A DNA stretch of 64,000 bases from Minutocellus sp. GHC0000111 (taxonomy: Eukaryota). The position numbers and the translations under genes were made by a program. The notes beneath the pieces were generated by a model. That model was not told the DNA's origin and did no database searches. It worked only from the letters and a program-made list of their open reading frames with translations. Below, piece after piece: positions 1 through 11,623 of the stretch. The stretch lies in assembly GCA_977018835.1 (NCBI GenBank), contig OZ361256.1:6138001-6202000 (forward strand), written 5' to 3'. Within the stretch, counting starts at the first letter, position 1, and each line of letters begins with the position of its first letter.

Positions 1-2365
1 GGAAGTTATCGTGAGCAAAGTCAAGGATGGAACAAGTCTCGTCGACGGATGAGAGGGAAAAGTTGACTCCAGAGGAGTAAGTCTTATGGATGCGCTGGTG
101 CTGAACAATGAGCCTACCAGCTAGAACGATGAGCTCGGTCTCGTCACTGCATAACCCGCCAGTGGAATACGCCCTAGCTGCGCTCTTCCAGAGTGCCACA
201 CAAGATTGGTGGATTTGGGTAGCTTGCCCCCGTCCCATGTCTTCCAAACGACAATCTTCAAGTCCCTTGAGCTTGACACTAAGATCACCGGCGAAGGGGC
301 AGATACCAATACGACGCAGATTATAATTCACATTTCTCTCAATTTTGAGCTCCTGATGTGGGCCAGCAGTCTCTTCCGGGTACATGTACCGGATGCTCTC
401 GATGAGGCTGCACGCCAGGGACTTATCACCGATGACTTCGGTGTATGTTGCGAGATTGGGAAGATGGAATCTAAGATCGGGCGAGAGGAATTTGTCATGA
501 ATGAGATCGACCAAACGATGAGCCTCGCAAGGAGAAACGCTATCTTTTCCGAACTTGTACAGTCGCTTGTGGCAAAGAACGATCTGATTGGCAGCAGTAG
601 CAAGGTCGTCGGCGACGTGGGCTCGGGAGGCCTTGACGAGGGCGCTGCGCCGATGCTTTGCGAGAGATGTCCATTCATCGATGCAGTCGTCGAGGATAAT
701 CTTGCCCTCATCACGTGAGTAGCCTTTGCCATACATGTAGAGCTGGGAGCGGCCACCCTTATCGTCTAGATCGGCCTCTTTTTCTTCAATATCCTCCTGA
801 AAGGTGAATTTGGAAGTGATGCGAACGAGAGAAGCAAGCTTGGCTTTGAGGATGGTACCGGTATCTCCCAGCTGGATGATCACTGAGCGGTCGTTGTTGG
901 CCCAACCCAACATACGGTTGGTATGGGCCGGGCCATACCCAACGTAGGCGGAGTGATGTCCCTTGGTCTCGACGAGGATGGTTTGAAGCGCGCCAATGAC
1001 GGGTCCAAGAAGGTTGGACGAATACCGCATCATTTGCGATGCCGAGGATGACTGGGCCTCAATTTTCTCGCCGATGAGTCCCTTCCAACCCATCTCAAAG
1101 GCTGGGCGGAGGAACTCGGCGTACACAAAGTCCAGGAAGTGGAGAGATACGACGGGTTGGAGCCGGAAAAGTCGTCCCAAGCGTGGGTCTGATTGGAATG
1201 CGAATAATTCGAAGAAAAGAAAAGTGAAGGAAGAAAATAAAATTTGAGCGGTTGTGATCTGTTTCATATGTAGACATATCTTTCAAGGCAATCATAAGAT
1301 AAGACGTGATTTACTATATGCCCTACAATTGCTCACCTTGTCGTTATTGGCATCGTTGCCGGCAGGAGAAGTAAAGACACCGTGCAGGGCCAGGTATCGC
1401 TGAACGATCCATCCGGCCTGCCGGGCCAAAAGTCGCCGATCCACGGGAGGGATGATGTGCTGGGCCAGCTTGTACTTGCCGCCGTCGTTGCCGTCATAGT
1501 CGGACCGGTCCTCCCAGTCACTGTACATCCTGTCGTCTTCGTCCCTGTCGAGACGACGGTCGATGGTTTCCTCCACGGCACGACGCCATACTCGGGCAGC
1601 TTCCAGGAGGATGGGAAGGTAGTGTCTCCGGGGGACGATGGCGGTGATGACCTTGCCGGCATCTCTGGCGAAAGCAGTTGTGGTGGCCGCCAATGGGTGC
1701 AGATCCATGATAGTGTTGAGCAGTTCCCTCCACGAGATGCCTCGTTCGTAGGCCTCGTTCCGTTTGTAGGCCTCCTCGACGGACTCGGCTTGGTCGAGCA
1801 TCGAATCGAGGATCTGGGCATACAGTTCGTCGGCGGTGATTCCCTTGTTCGCGCTTGTGATCGTGCTGCTGGCATTTGTCGATGCAATTGCATTACCGAA
1901 GGCAGAAGTACTAAACGTAAAACTGGCACTTGTCATGCCAAGGTCGAGTAGGCTGCCGCTGAACGGCGAAATGGACGTATTGCCTACTTTTGGCTGCTGG
2001 ATGAGTGGAGGTGCTTCTGGCGATGACGATGCCGGCGTACATGTAGATGAGGAGGAGGAATATGCCGCCGAAGACGAAGAAGTCGAGGATCGGCCCAAAG
2101 TGCCGACTCCGTCGAAAGGCGACTTCTGGAACAGATTGAGATTACTTGCAACGAGCGACGACGATGTAAGTGTTACATGTAGGCCCAAGTCGACCAATTC
2201 CTGGACGGACTTGGGCGTTTCACTCTGTGTGGGCATTGGCGCGGAGAAGGCCCGCGATAGCATTGTGTGCATTTGCATTTTCTGCTGTTGTTGTTCGGCC
2301 GGACATAACTGGAGGTTGGCGGATTTGGCGGTTCCGTTAGAGGCCAAATGGAGATCGTGCTGCAT
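1..2365 (-). CDS. Hypothetical protein, 2 exons, runs off the window start (Ser-rich N-terminus, helical C-terminal part)
   Basis: ORF 1292-2494 ends at an AAG|GTGAGC donor; intron 1189-1336 has a polypyrimidine tract and CAG acceptor. Downstream, the minus strand is open for ~1150 nt (SLHFLDFVYAEFLRPAFEMGWKG...ILDFAHDNF) to position 1, which the ORF track misses. One apparent 1-nt deletion near 1155 (aaccc). Confidence 0.6.
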
Positions 2366-3717
2366 TGCTCGACGGACGACGAGGGGATGAGCCGGAGAAG
2401 ATCGTCGATGCCGGCGTCGTCGTCGTCCTGCTTGCTCCTGCTTGCAGCAGCGGCGTGACCGGTTGGAGCCATCGTCGTGTTGTCGTGTTGGCAAATTTTA
2501 TGCTAGAATTGCTGCCTGCCTCGTGTTGTTTGGATTGTGCGACGGCGGGAGTGCAGAAAAGTGTGTTGCCGGAAGTTGCCCTTGCCGCAGGACAGGCCAA
2601 AAAATGACAGGCTAAAAATTGAACAGGCTGACGTGGTTCAGTAGATTTCACTGTCCTTGAAGAAATGAGCACAAATGTCTTCTGACGTGTTGCTTACATG
2701 AACGGGGTTCATGCAGAAATTTTTCACTGTCCTTTCATTTATTTCCGTTACATTCAAAAAGAAAGTCGGTTCGTTTCTTACAATACATGTCGGCGATGTT
2801 CCTGACAAAAAGGCCTACCAGTAATGACGTCTGATCTGCATGGTCTGATTCTCTGCAGAGAATCGACCAGGCTGGCAAATTCCTCGCAAAGAGGTCAAGC
2901 ACAGAAAGCCGATTTCAGAAATGATGGGACGAAATAAGTATGCGGCCTGTCCCCGTGAATGACTCATCCTGCGTATCGCACGTCTTTTTCTGAAGTCGTC
3001 GAATGTGGTCGAATCTTACCTAAAAATGTGGATGAATCTCTCCAGATTTTGGTTTCCCACGTCCCACGTTGGATCTCTCTTTTCCCATGCGAAAAAAGGG
3101 CGCAATTCCAGAGAGATGGAGCAGAAGCAGGTCGTCAAGCATGCAGAAAAATAGCTATACCGCCAGGTTTATGACTACATGCAGGCCTGTGAAGAAAACC
3201 TTCGTGTGTGCGTTGGCATCGCACGCATATAGCACCTTCCGTCGACAATTATTTCTTCTCATGTATAAGTAAAGTCTACGATACATGTATTGAATTGTCA
3301 TCTTGAAGAGATTTCTTCTCATGTACATGCACCGGTACATGTATCCCGTCGTCTGAAATCGCGAAAGCTTTACAGGCATGCTGTTGCCTCAGTGAAAAAT
3401 GTGGTGTGCAACGTGGTGCGATAGTTTCTTCCCTCTGTACACTGTAATGCAGTGACGAAACCACAAACATGTAGAGTAGGTGCCGCTAGCGCTATGAGTA
3501 AATTGTGGCTGCCTCTGCTCGCTTCATTTTCTTTTTTCTTCATATTTCATCGCCTTATAACGTCCTCGCCTTACAACGCCGATCTGATAAGCGTTTATGT
3601 AGAAAGTTGCCATACTGTAATACACATGTCAAACTCGGTCCATTGGAATGTTGGAATAATGTCTCTCTTCCGCATCCGATATCATTCTATGCATTCTATG
3701 CATCTAGCAAGGAATTC

Positions 3718-4530
3718 CTATCTTATTTGACATTTGTAAAAATCACACCGTGTCTTCAGCTCATGAACGTTTGCCGCTGGCTTTCCTGCCAAGGGACGTA
3801 GCAACGGCACCTGATATAGCAACAACCCCACCGGATCGGAATCAAACTCATCCATTTGCGATACAATCAAGTTACTGTCCTTTGGGTCAGTTTTCAGTGT
3901 GGTTGTGACCAGATATGGTTTCAAATCAATCTGCACACCTCCCAAAGTAACCATGCCGGAATTCCTCCACAAAACTGTAATGGTATCCGGACCAGTGGCG
4001 GAACAGCACACCAGTTCACATCGAGCTGTGCTTTGATCGAATAATTTGCGCACGGAACGGCAGTACTGCTCATATCCCACCAACGACACCTGCGGATCAC
4101 TAAATGTGAAGGCGTCACTGAAAAGTTCCGGCCGGCCCCTGCCGGTAACGAACCATGAGTTTTCCACGAGACCATCATTGATGGCATCGGCCATTTGCTC
4201 TATGGTCAGATGTTGCTTGGGCATGCTCCAGTCGATAGCATCGAGGGGAGAGGGATCGTCATCCGATACGTAGTTCTTGGCAACGTTGATAAAGGCCGAT
4301 TTAGCCTCGACGTTGCTGTTATTATCGTCGGCAAAAGCAGGAGCTGTGGTAGCAATTGCTGCTACATGTACAGCGGCAGTTTGAACAAATGAACGGCGGT
4401 CCTTACTCGCCGAGAGGTTGAGTGCAGATGTCAATGTAGCAGAAAGTAGCATCAGCACTACGGTCACAATATGTGCCGCAGAAGTACGCCGTGCATTTGC
4501 ATATCTTTTAAAAGGTTCATGACTTGACAT
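3718..4530 (-). CDS. SnoaL/NTF2-like (DUF2358-type) protein, probably plastid/thylakoid-lumen targeted
   Basis: FSDAFTFSDPQVSLVGYEQY motif is typical of DUF2358/SnoaL folds. Hydrophobic signal peptide followed by a Tat-like DRRSFVQ...APAFA segment. Start codon uncertain. Confidence 0.6.
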   Translation of the reverse strand: MSSHEPFKRYANARRTSAAHIVTVVLMLLSATLTSALNLSASKDRRSFVQTAAVHVAAIATTAPAFADDNNSNVEAKSAFINVAKNYVSDDDPSPLDAIDWSMPKQHLTIEQMADAINDGLVENSWFVTGRGRPELFSDAFTFSDPQVSLVGYEQYCRSVRKLFDQSTARCELVCCSATGPDTITVLWRNSGMVTLGGVQIDLKPYLVTTTLKTDPKDSNLIVSQMDEFDSDPVGLLLYQVPLLRPLAGKPAANVHELKTRCDFYKCQIR

Positions 4531-4729
4531 ACACATCTGAATGAATGCAATCAGCCTGATGCTATGCCCGCCTTGGCTGTTATCTGAGGGCACGCCGTGG
4601 CTTCTCGTACGTGTATCTTTCTCCTCTGCTCTGCTGCTGCCACAGAGCATGCAGCTTCCTGACGCCGCTTGTCGAGCTCATAACCTGATTCCCAGCCGCT
4701 CATGTCTTCTTGCTTGCAAATCCTTCGAA

Positions 4730-6921
4730 ATGACTATCGACGAACAGCAGCAACCCGCTAGTACCACCACCACCGACCAACTCCGACCCATGGACGACAA
4801 ATACCTCGTCCCGACGACCATCCCATGTGTGTATTACGTCCCATCTCTCCTTTCCAGTGATGATGCCGCTGCACACTACGACACGCTCCACAAAACTGTT
4901 CCATGGGAAAAGACACCAAAGATCAATCGGTGGGTGGCCCTCTACGAGGACGATGCCGACCTCCAATATCGCTACCGGGATGCTCCGACCGAATCCACAT
5001 CCAAGTCCGGCAATACTGCCAACGAACCCACCAACAAGCCCATATCGTCCTGCCCCCCCCATCGACGCCATACGCACCGCCGTCCAGGAGTTGTATCGGC
5101 AGCAAACCGGCAAATCGGTCCATTTCAACACCTGCCTGGCCAACTTCTACGAGGACGGCACCCAGAGGATAGGCTGGCACACCGATCGGGAGGAGATTGG
5201 AAGGTCGACGCCCATCGCGTCGGTGTCGCTGGGTGCAACGCGCACATTTCTGCTCCGGCACAAGCTCAACGGCATGAGCGACCGTGCCTCCGTCGAGATG
5301 GAAAGCGGGAGTGTCGTATTTATGGAGAATGTCTGCCAAGAGCAGTATTTGCACAGCGTGCCCAAGCAGGCGGACGTCACCGAGGGACGAATCAATCTAA
5401 CGTTTCGATGCAAGACGGAGCACACGGCCGGTGAGGAGGAGCACGAACGACGGGATCGGTGGTTGGAGCGGATTACCGATGAGAAGAAGGCTGAGAATGA
5501 CGACGATTTGGAAGAGATGCTGGCCGCCGAGATCAATGGCGGTGGACACCGTCCTGTGGAAATATTTGGGGACAACATTTGTGTTGGCACATCGCATGAT
5601 GATGAGTACGATGGAATAGTAAGATACACCGTATCGTGCAACATTGGGACGGAGGCTCAATGTGCCGCCGAAATTCGGGAGAAGCTGGCCATCTCAGTGG
5701 AGGAGGATGAAAGCGAATCGAATTCCAATGGGTGGGACGTCGTGGCCAGGCCGTACGGTGTGGCTGGATATGTGGCCTGCGTCGCTCAGGATGGCAGTGC
5801 CGCCATGGACAATGACCAAGCCGCATCGAAACTGCTGGAACTCCGCTCGGCGTTGAATGTGATGCAATATCACGATCATTTTGTCTTAGAGGATGTAGCA
5901 CAGGCCAACGGTGGCATTGCCCTATCGCAAATCGACGGCGAAATGCTGTATGCATTCTACAAGAAGCTGCTGGAGGAGGATGCCGATGGCCGTGTACCAA
6001 CGCTGGCCAAGGCGTCGGCGGACAATCCACTAACCTTTCGTGTGACTTGTGAGCGCACAGGGGACCACGGTTTCAAGGCGCCGACCGTCGAGTATGAAAT
6101 GGGAGGGGCCTGCGCCGAAACCTATGAGAATTGCAAGCCCAAGATGACCGACTTTGACATAAACCTCCGCATCGACGTGGTGGCTAATCGCATCATTATC
6201 GGGACGCAGCTCAATGTGGAGGATCTGTCCAAGCGACACTTTTTGAGATATCGGAACTCTGTGACAATCAAAACCAACGTTGCGTACATCATGTTGCGAC
6301 TGGCCAATATTCAGCCGGGCAGTGTGATTGTAGACGCATTTTGTGGGTCCGGCACCATCCTTCTTGAAGCGCTAGAAATGACCAACAAGAAAGTACAAGT
6401 AATTGGAATGGACGTCAATCGTCGAGCCGCCGAGGGAGCTGGCGCAAATGCTGTTTCAGAAGGGTACAGCCCAGAAATTGCCGAATTCCACTGCTCGGAT
6501 TCCCGTGGATTGCGAAGAATCGTTGGAGATGATCGTAAGGCCGACGCCATTGTATCCAACATGCCTTGGGGTGTTCGCACCGGGCAGAATCAATCAGTCA
6601 ATGATCTTCAACAGCTAGGGTTGGATGGTATGTGCTCAAGCCAGGAGGGAGGATTGTAATGCTGGTTTTGAGAGGGTTGCAGCTAGTGCGTATCCTGAGA
6701 AAGCTAGGAGGAAGATATCGCATCATCAAGTGCATGGTCGTCCGAACAAAAACAATCTGCCGTGCATCCTCGTTGTGGAGAAGGTGGACAGAGACCTTCT
6801 ACACGAGTCCGTAAAGAATCAGCTTGCCTACATGTCTCAATTTGTGAATGTCTCGAAGGAAATGTACCAAGCCATCAACAACGAGACCATTGATGAGAAA
6901 AATCACGTGGCAAGTAGCTAA
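4730..6921 (+). CDS. Fusion of AlkB-family (ALKBH2/3-like) 2OG-Fe(II) dioxygenase with THUMP domain and UPF0020/Trm14-THUMPD3-like SAM methyltransferase
   Basis: AlkB: NxY, GWHTD (HxD), HSVPK (H), RINLTFR (RxxxxxR). THUMP: TFRVTCERTG...EMGG. MTase: DAFCGSGT (motif I), GMDVN, SNMPWG (motif IV), VLKPGGR. Both halves lie in one ORF (4827-6659). Frameshifts near 5055 (C8 run), ~6620 and ~6750. Confidence 0.85.
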
Positions 6922-7040
6922 TAAAGGGAATTGCATAGCAAAGCGAAGTAGATATACATAAGCAAGTCGCTAGTATTTCTCTAATACTAGGTTCCTATTC
7001 CCGACATTCATTACACTTTTTCAGATTTCTTCTTTTAGAT

Positions 7041-9238
7041 CTAGTACACCTTGGAGTCCGGTGTGAGCTTGTCGCCAAGATTGCTGGAAAATGTCTCCAT
7101 GTTTTCCTCGCCGATGGTATTTCTTGATCTTGGCCTTGCTCGATTACTGCCCATATCAGCATACTCATGCATAATTTCTGGCTCAAAGTCGTGTCGACCG
7201 CGAGGGAAAATGACCTGCGGACCTTGAGAATGACGTTGACGCCCATTGGCAGTGTGGCGGTGGCCGTCGGGCATCACGGCCTTCTCGCCTTGCGGTCTGG
7301 CCAGAACCACCACATTGTAATATAATTTACTCTCCTGCAATGTGAAATATTACGAAATGTAACGAAAGATGAGTAAGAGATAATGAATTCGGTTGAACGT
7401 CCTTTTTCGCTGTTGTTCTCCGCATAAGAACTTACCGTATCGCAGTGAACTCCAACTCCAATCTCTGTGTAGGCCGGGTTGTTCAGCTGTTCCTCATACG
7501 TCTTGGCAAGATACCGCATGGTTTCATCGGGATCGTCGTACGGGGTCCACGCGACGACAGCTGTGATTTCATCGTACGCATATCTCGACTCGATGTTGTC
7601 CCACGTGTTGGAGGGGAGTTCCCCATGCTGCGAAACATACGGAGCCAGAATGGCAGCGTAGTCCATCAGCACCGGATTGGGACAGAACGGAATCTTGTTC
7701 ATTTGCGCGCACGACAGCTGCAGCTTATTGACCAGCGGCCCGACGAGGTCATCGGGCTGGACCTCCACAAATGGCCGGCCGAACAGCTGGGTGTAGTAGT
7801 ACTGTCCCGTCTCCACGTCGCACGTAACGGCCAGCGACATGTGCGTAACATCGTCCGCCATCGTGTTGGACCGATGGCCGGGAGAGTCCCACCACTGCTC
7901 GAACGCACCCTGCGCACTCATGTCGAACCGGCTCAGAATGTTCTCCCTCACGGCCAGGGGCTTGTACCCCTCCCTCTCGGCCCGGTCCTCGGCGGTCGAT
8001 CCGTCGGTGCCAATGTGCGGCACTCCACCCTCCCGCTGCGTGGGGTAGCCATGGATGAGCATGTCGTTGGAGTACCACTGGGCGGCCCGCTGGAGGGCCT
8101 TGTTGTCGAGCGACAGGGGAGACAGACCGGCACTCATGCGCATTTGGTTTACCATGCCCAGTACGGCAAAGGCGACGTCGTTGTGCTCCTCGGGAGAATG
8201 TACCTCGAAGGCTGGGGGGACGGCGGTGGAATGGTGAGCCAGGTGTCTCTCCTCTTCCTCGTAGGACACTGCCAGAAACATGTACATGTTGCGCTCTTTT
8301 TCGTCGTCATCGTCGTCGTCATCGGTATCGGCACCATCCTCCTCGACCTCAACAGCAGCAGCCTTGGAAAAGCCCAGGGCATAGTGCGTGTAGGCATCAT
8401 CCTCACTGATCTCGGGATGCTTCTGCGCCACGTAGGCCTCGAGGGCGTCCCCATCGTGAAGGTTGGTGTACCCTCACGCCGACCCGACGGTGACGGCCTC
8501 GATGCCGGAGGCGTGAAGGATGTCCCGGATGCTGTCGTCGTCGAAGGTTTGGGCGTGATGGAGCATCCGGTCGGCAAAGGCATCGGCCAGATGGTTCAGG
8601 TCGCGGTCATAGATGAGCGGCCGTCTTCGAGGATTGGTGGTCTTGCGGTTTGTTGTGGTTGTCGTTTTGGTGTTTGTGGTGGTGTTGGGCGAAGAAGAAG
8701 AAGAAGTATCGTCATCATCAATGTCGATACCATCATCATCTGTGGAAGCAGCGGTGCTAACAGATACATCTCTTCGGCGTCGGCTCTTTCCACTGCCATT
8801 GGCATCGCGCAGGTTAATCACCTGCGGTTGGTCGTCTCGATCAAGCAGCTCGACCACCGTTCGAGGACCTCGACTACTAGTACTTCGTCTCTCGTCTTCC
8901 ATTTCCATTTCCAAATCATCCTCGAAATCATCCCCGCTGTCTTGAAACCGCGCCTGGAACCGTGCAAAGGGATTGCGCGATTGTCTGCGCCTCCTCCGGC
9001 TCGATCGACGCCTCTCGTCGCGGTCATCTCGGGCAGAGAAGCGAGGCGAAAAGCGATTCCGTCTTCGTGGACGATTGTGCTCGTGCTCATATTCGTCGTC
9101 GTCTCGCGGCACGCGGGGGTCGCGCAGGGGTCGGCCGGGCGCTCCTCTTACAGTGACCGGCCTCGGTGGCTGCCGTCTGTTATACAAATCTTCGAATTTG
9201 GGCAGCGGAACATTGTCCATCGGTCCCTCCCGGTACAT
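7041..9238 (-). CDS. CAP/SCP-domain protein with disordered Arg/Asp-rich N-terminus; one canonical plus two degenerate CAP-like repeats
   Basis: VNQMR..AGL.PL, AAQWYSNDM, HIGTDGS, RENI, WWDSPGHRSN and YYTQLFG match bacterial-type CAP. Intron 7335-7435 (GTAAG..TGCAG). Frameshift near 8475. Start uncertain. Confidence 0.75.
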
Positions 9239-10226
9239 GGACAGGGACGTGCTGCCGCCGCCGTGGTTTTTGCTGCCTGCGATACCGCACGAAGAAGCAG
9301 TTGTGCCGACGCTGGCCTTGGACTACAGACCGCCAAGATACGACGACGTGTCGGACATGAATCCATGAGATCTGGATAGGACACATGCCAGGGCGGATAT
9401 CTGGATCACACGGAGGTTCATATTGACATACATTATATATACAACGAAGAACAAAAACTAACTGCACTGGACTGCCGTCCCCCTCGCTCGACGAAACTCG
9501 GAGAAGACGGACTTGACTTGCGCGAAGGGAAGATACGCTGGGAATTCAATTCCTGACCAAGTAAGATACCGACGCAAGGAGAGAGGTATTCCAACGTAGT
9601 TCTCCACAGGTATCACTCAGTGTTTGCCGTCCCTCCTGGCTTTCACAATTGCAATCCCCTTGCCAGTAGTCTGTTTTCTCTATCGAAGAACGTCGGTTTT
9701 GAGGGCCGTGACGGTTGGAGCAAGTTTGAAACTAAATTCCAGCACAAGATGTGTCTCTTTTTCAAAATGAGAGTTGCAACCGTCGGATACGCGGCCAATG
9801 CAGTTTTCCTCGTGGGGTGGAAGATACTGCCTACGAGAGACGCTGGAATCACCGGCCACAGGTACGCACGGACCTGGTCTCGCCGTTGGCTTACGCTTGG
9901 CTTGGGCTCTTCTTTCCAGCGAGAGAATGATTGCAGTGCATGCTGCGTGCATGCGTGGGCAGAGCACTCGTTGGTCCCGAAAGAAACCAAACGGCGAAAT
10001 TTTTGAATTTCGGGACCAGCTCCTCAAGCAAAAACTTTTCCGTGACGTCAGTTTACACATACAACAACTGAGTCGAGCGATTCCCTCGACGAAAACCCAC
10101 GAAAAACCGCCATCGCTCAAAAATCACGGCACAAAATTTTGCGAAGAATCTCTCAACCGCCAATGTTGCCAACCAGCGAGGAATACAAAGGGCAAATAGA
10201 GGCAAATAATTCAAAACTTGACCAAC

Positions 10227-11423
10227 ATGCCGAGAAGTCGTACCGAGCAACAGCACGATCGTCGCGATCACACTTTGTCATCTTCTTCCTCCTCATCGGA
10301 GGACATTGGCGCGGTACTGGCCGATCCGACGAATCGTATCCAAGAACAACTCGGCCAAATGATGTTGTCGGATTCCACCGCCGCTACCACGAAAACGAAA
10401 GCTGATGGAAATGGACCGATCGTCAGCGAAGACGAGCAAAATCGTTCTCCCACAGCTACCGCTGCAATGAGTGCATCCAATGAGCCTTCTCCTGTAAATC
10501 GACAGGATATCCATGCTCTTGACAACTCCGTACAAAGTAGACGGCGAATGATGACGGCTACAATGCCCACCACCACCACCAACAACAAGAAGCGTGGAAA
10601 TCTCCGCCGCAATTCACACAGCGTCCAGTCGCATCAATTGGCGGCGGGTCAGGACGAGCTCATGTTCCAGCTGGATCAACAAGAGGCCGAATTTGCAGCA
10701 GCGGCGGCGGCATCCTCCTCCAAGACACTCTTACGGCAGCAGCAAGCAGCCTCGCCGGCGGGATATTCCAATAGCCATCAGCAGCAGCAAATAGTGCCAC
10801 CGACCCGCAACCTCGAGGACGTCGATTACTGGCGCAAGCGCGCCGGATGGTTCGACGACGACGTGGCCATGTCCGAGTACAACCAGGGCGTGCAGGACAC
10901 GTACTACTCCGTCGACGACGATGGCAGCGGATCGTCTTCTGGAAGCAAGGGGGGACGCTCCAAGGCCCTATCGGCCAAATTCTCCTCCGAGGTGGCCAAA
11001 AAGGCCATGAAGGCTATCCTCATCACCATCGCCGTCTTCATCGTGTTGGCCGTCCTCAAGAAGCTGTGCAAGCGCTGCGTCAAGAAGAAGGGGGCAGCGG
11101 CGAGCGGATCCAAGGACAAGTCGTCCTCCAAGGATCACAAATCCCGCAAGTCGGGCGGGGGCGCCGACGACAAGTCGCGCAAATCCTCCAAGTCGCACAA
11201 GTCGTCCAAGAGTCGCAGCTCTCGGTCCAGGTCGCGCCCCCGCAAGGAGAAGGAAGGCTACGAGCTGATGGACGACGATGGACGGCACTCTCGGAGAAGT
11301 TCGAGGAGCAAGAGTCGCTCGAGGTCCAAGAGCCGAAGTCGGAGTCGGGCGGCTGGTGCTGCCGATCGGTCGGTCAGGTCCAAGAGCAAGAGCCGTAGCA
11401 GCAAGACGGAGATGCTGGTATAA
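10227..11423 (+). CDS. Hypothetical single-pass membrane protein with Lys/Ser/Arg-rich C-terminal tail
   Basis: ~400-codon ORF with high GC3. Hydrophobic stretch AILITIAVFIVLAVL followed by KKLCKRC and an RS-rich tail. Confidence 0.65.
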   Translation: MPRSRTEQQHDRRDHTLSSSSSSSEDIGAVLADPTNRIQEQLGQMMLSDSTAATTKTKADGNGPIVSEDEQNRSPTATAAMSASNEPSPVNRQDIHALDNSVQSRRRMMTATMPTTTTNNKKRGNLRRNSHSVQSHQLAAGQDELMFQLDQQEAEFAAAAAASSSKTLLRQQQAASPAGYSNSHQQQQIVPPTRNLEDVDYWRKRAGWFDDDVAMSEYNQGVQDTYYSVDDDGSGSSSGSKGGRSKALSAKFSSEVAKKAMKAILITIAVFIVLAVLKKLCKRCVKKKGAAASGSKDKSSSKDHKSRKSGGGADDKSRKSSKSHKSSKSRSSRSRSRPRKEKEGYELMDDDGRHSRRSSRSKSRSRSKSRSRSRAAGAADRSVRSKSKSRSSKTEMLV

Positions 11424-11623
11424 AAGTTTTTGCCGTGGTGGAAGTGGGCACGCATTTTATAAGGAATGCAGAGGTGGAAAAACAGAGAAGGATCCTGCGT
11501 ATAAGGGCAGAAGCCTCTCAGAATATACATATTTGACTCTAAAGGATTTTTTGATCAGATAGTTAGTTACAGGTGTAAAAGCAGCTCAATCTAACTATAA
11601 TGCGAGTCTTTCAGAAGAGGATA

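Noticed and set aside
5050..5062. Programmed ribosomal frameshifting in the AlkB fusion (and other split genes)
   Set aside because: Similar single-base indels occur in many unrelated genes, often at homopolymers, which is best explained by sequencing error.
7445..9379. 644-aa plus-strand ORF
   Set aside because: Antisense shadow of the GC3-rich CAP gene; V/G/R-rich with no domain.
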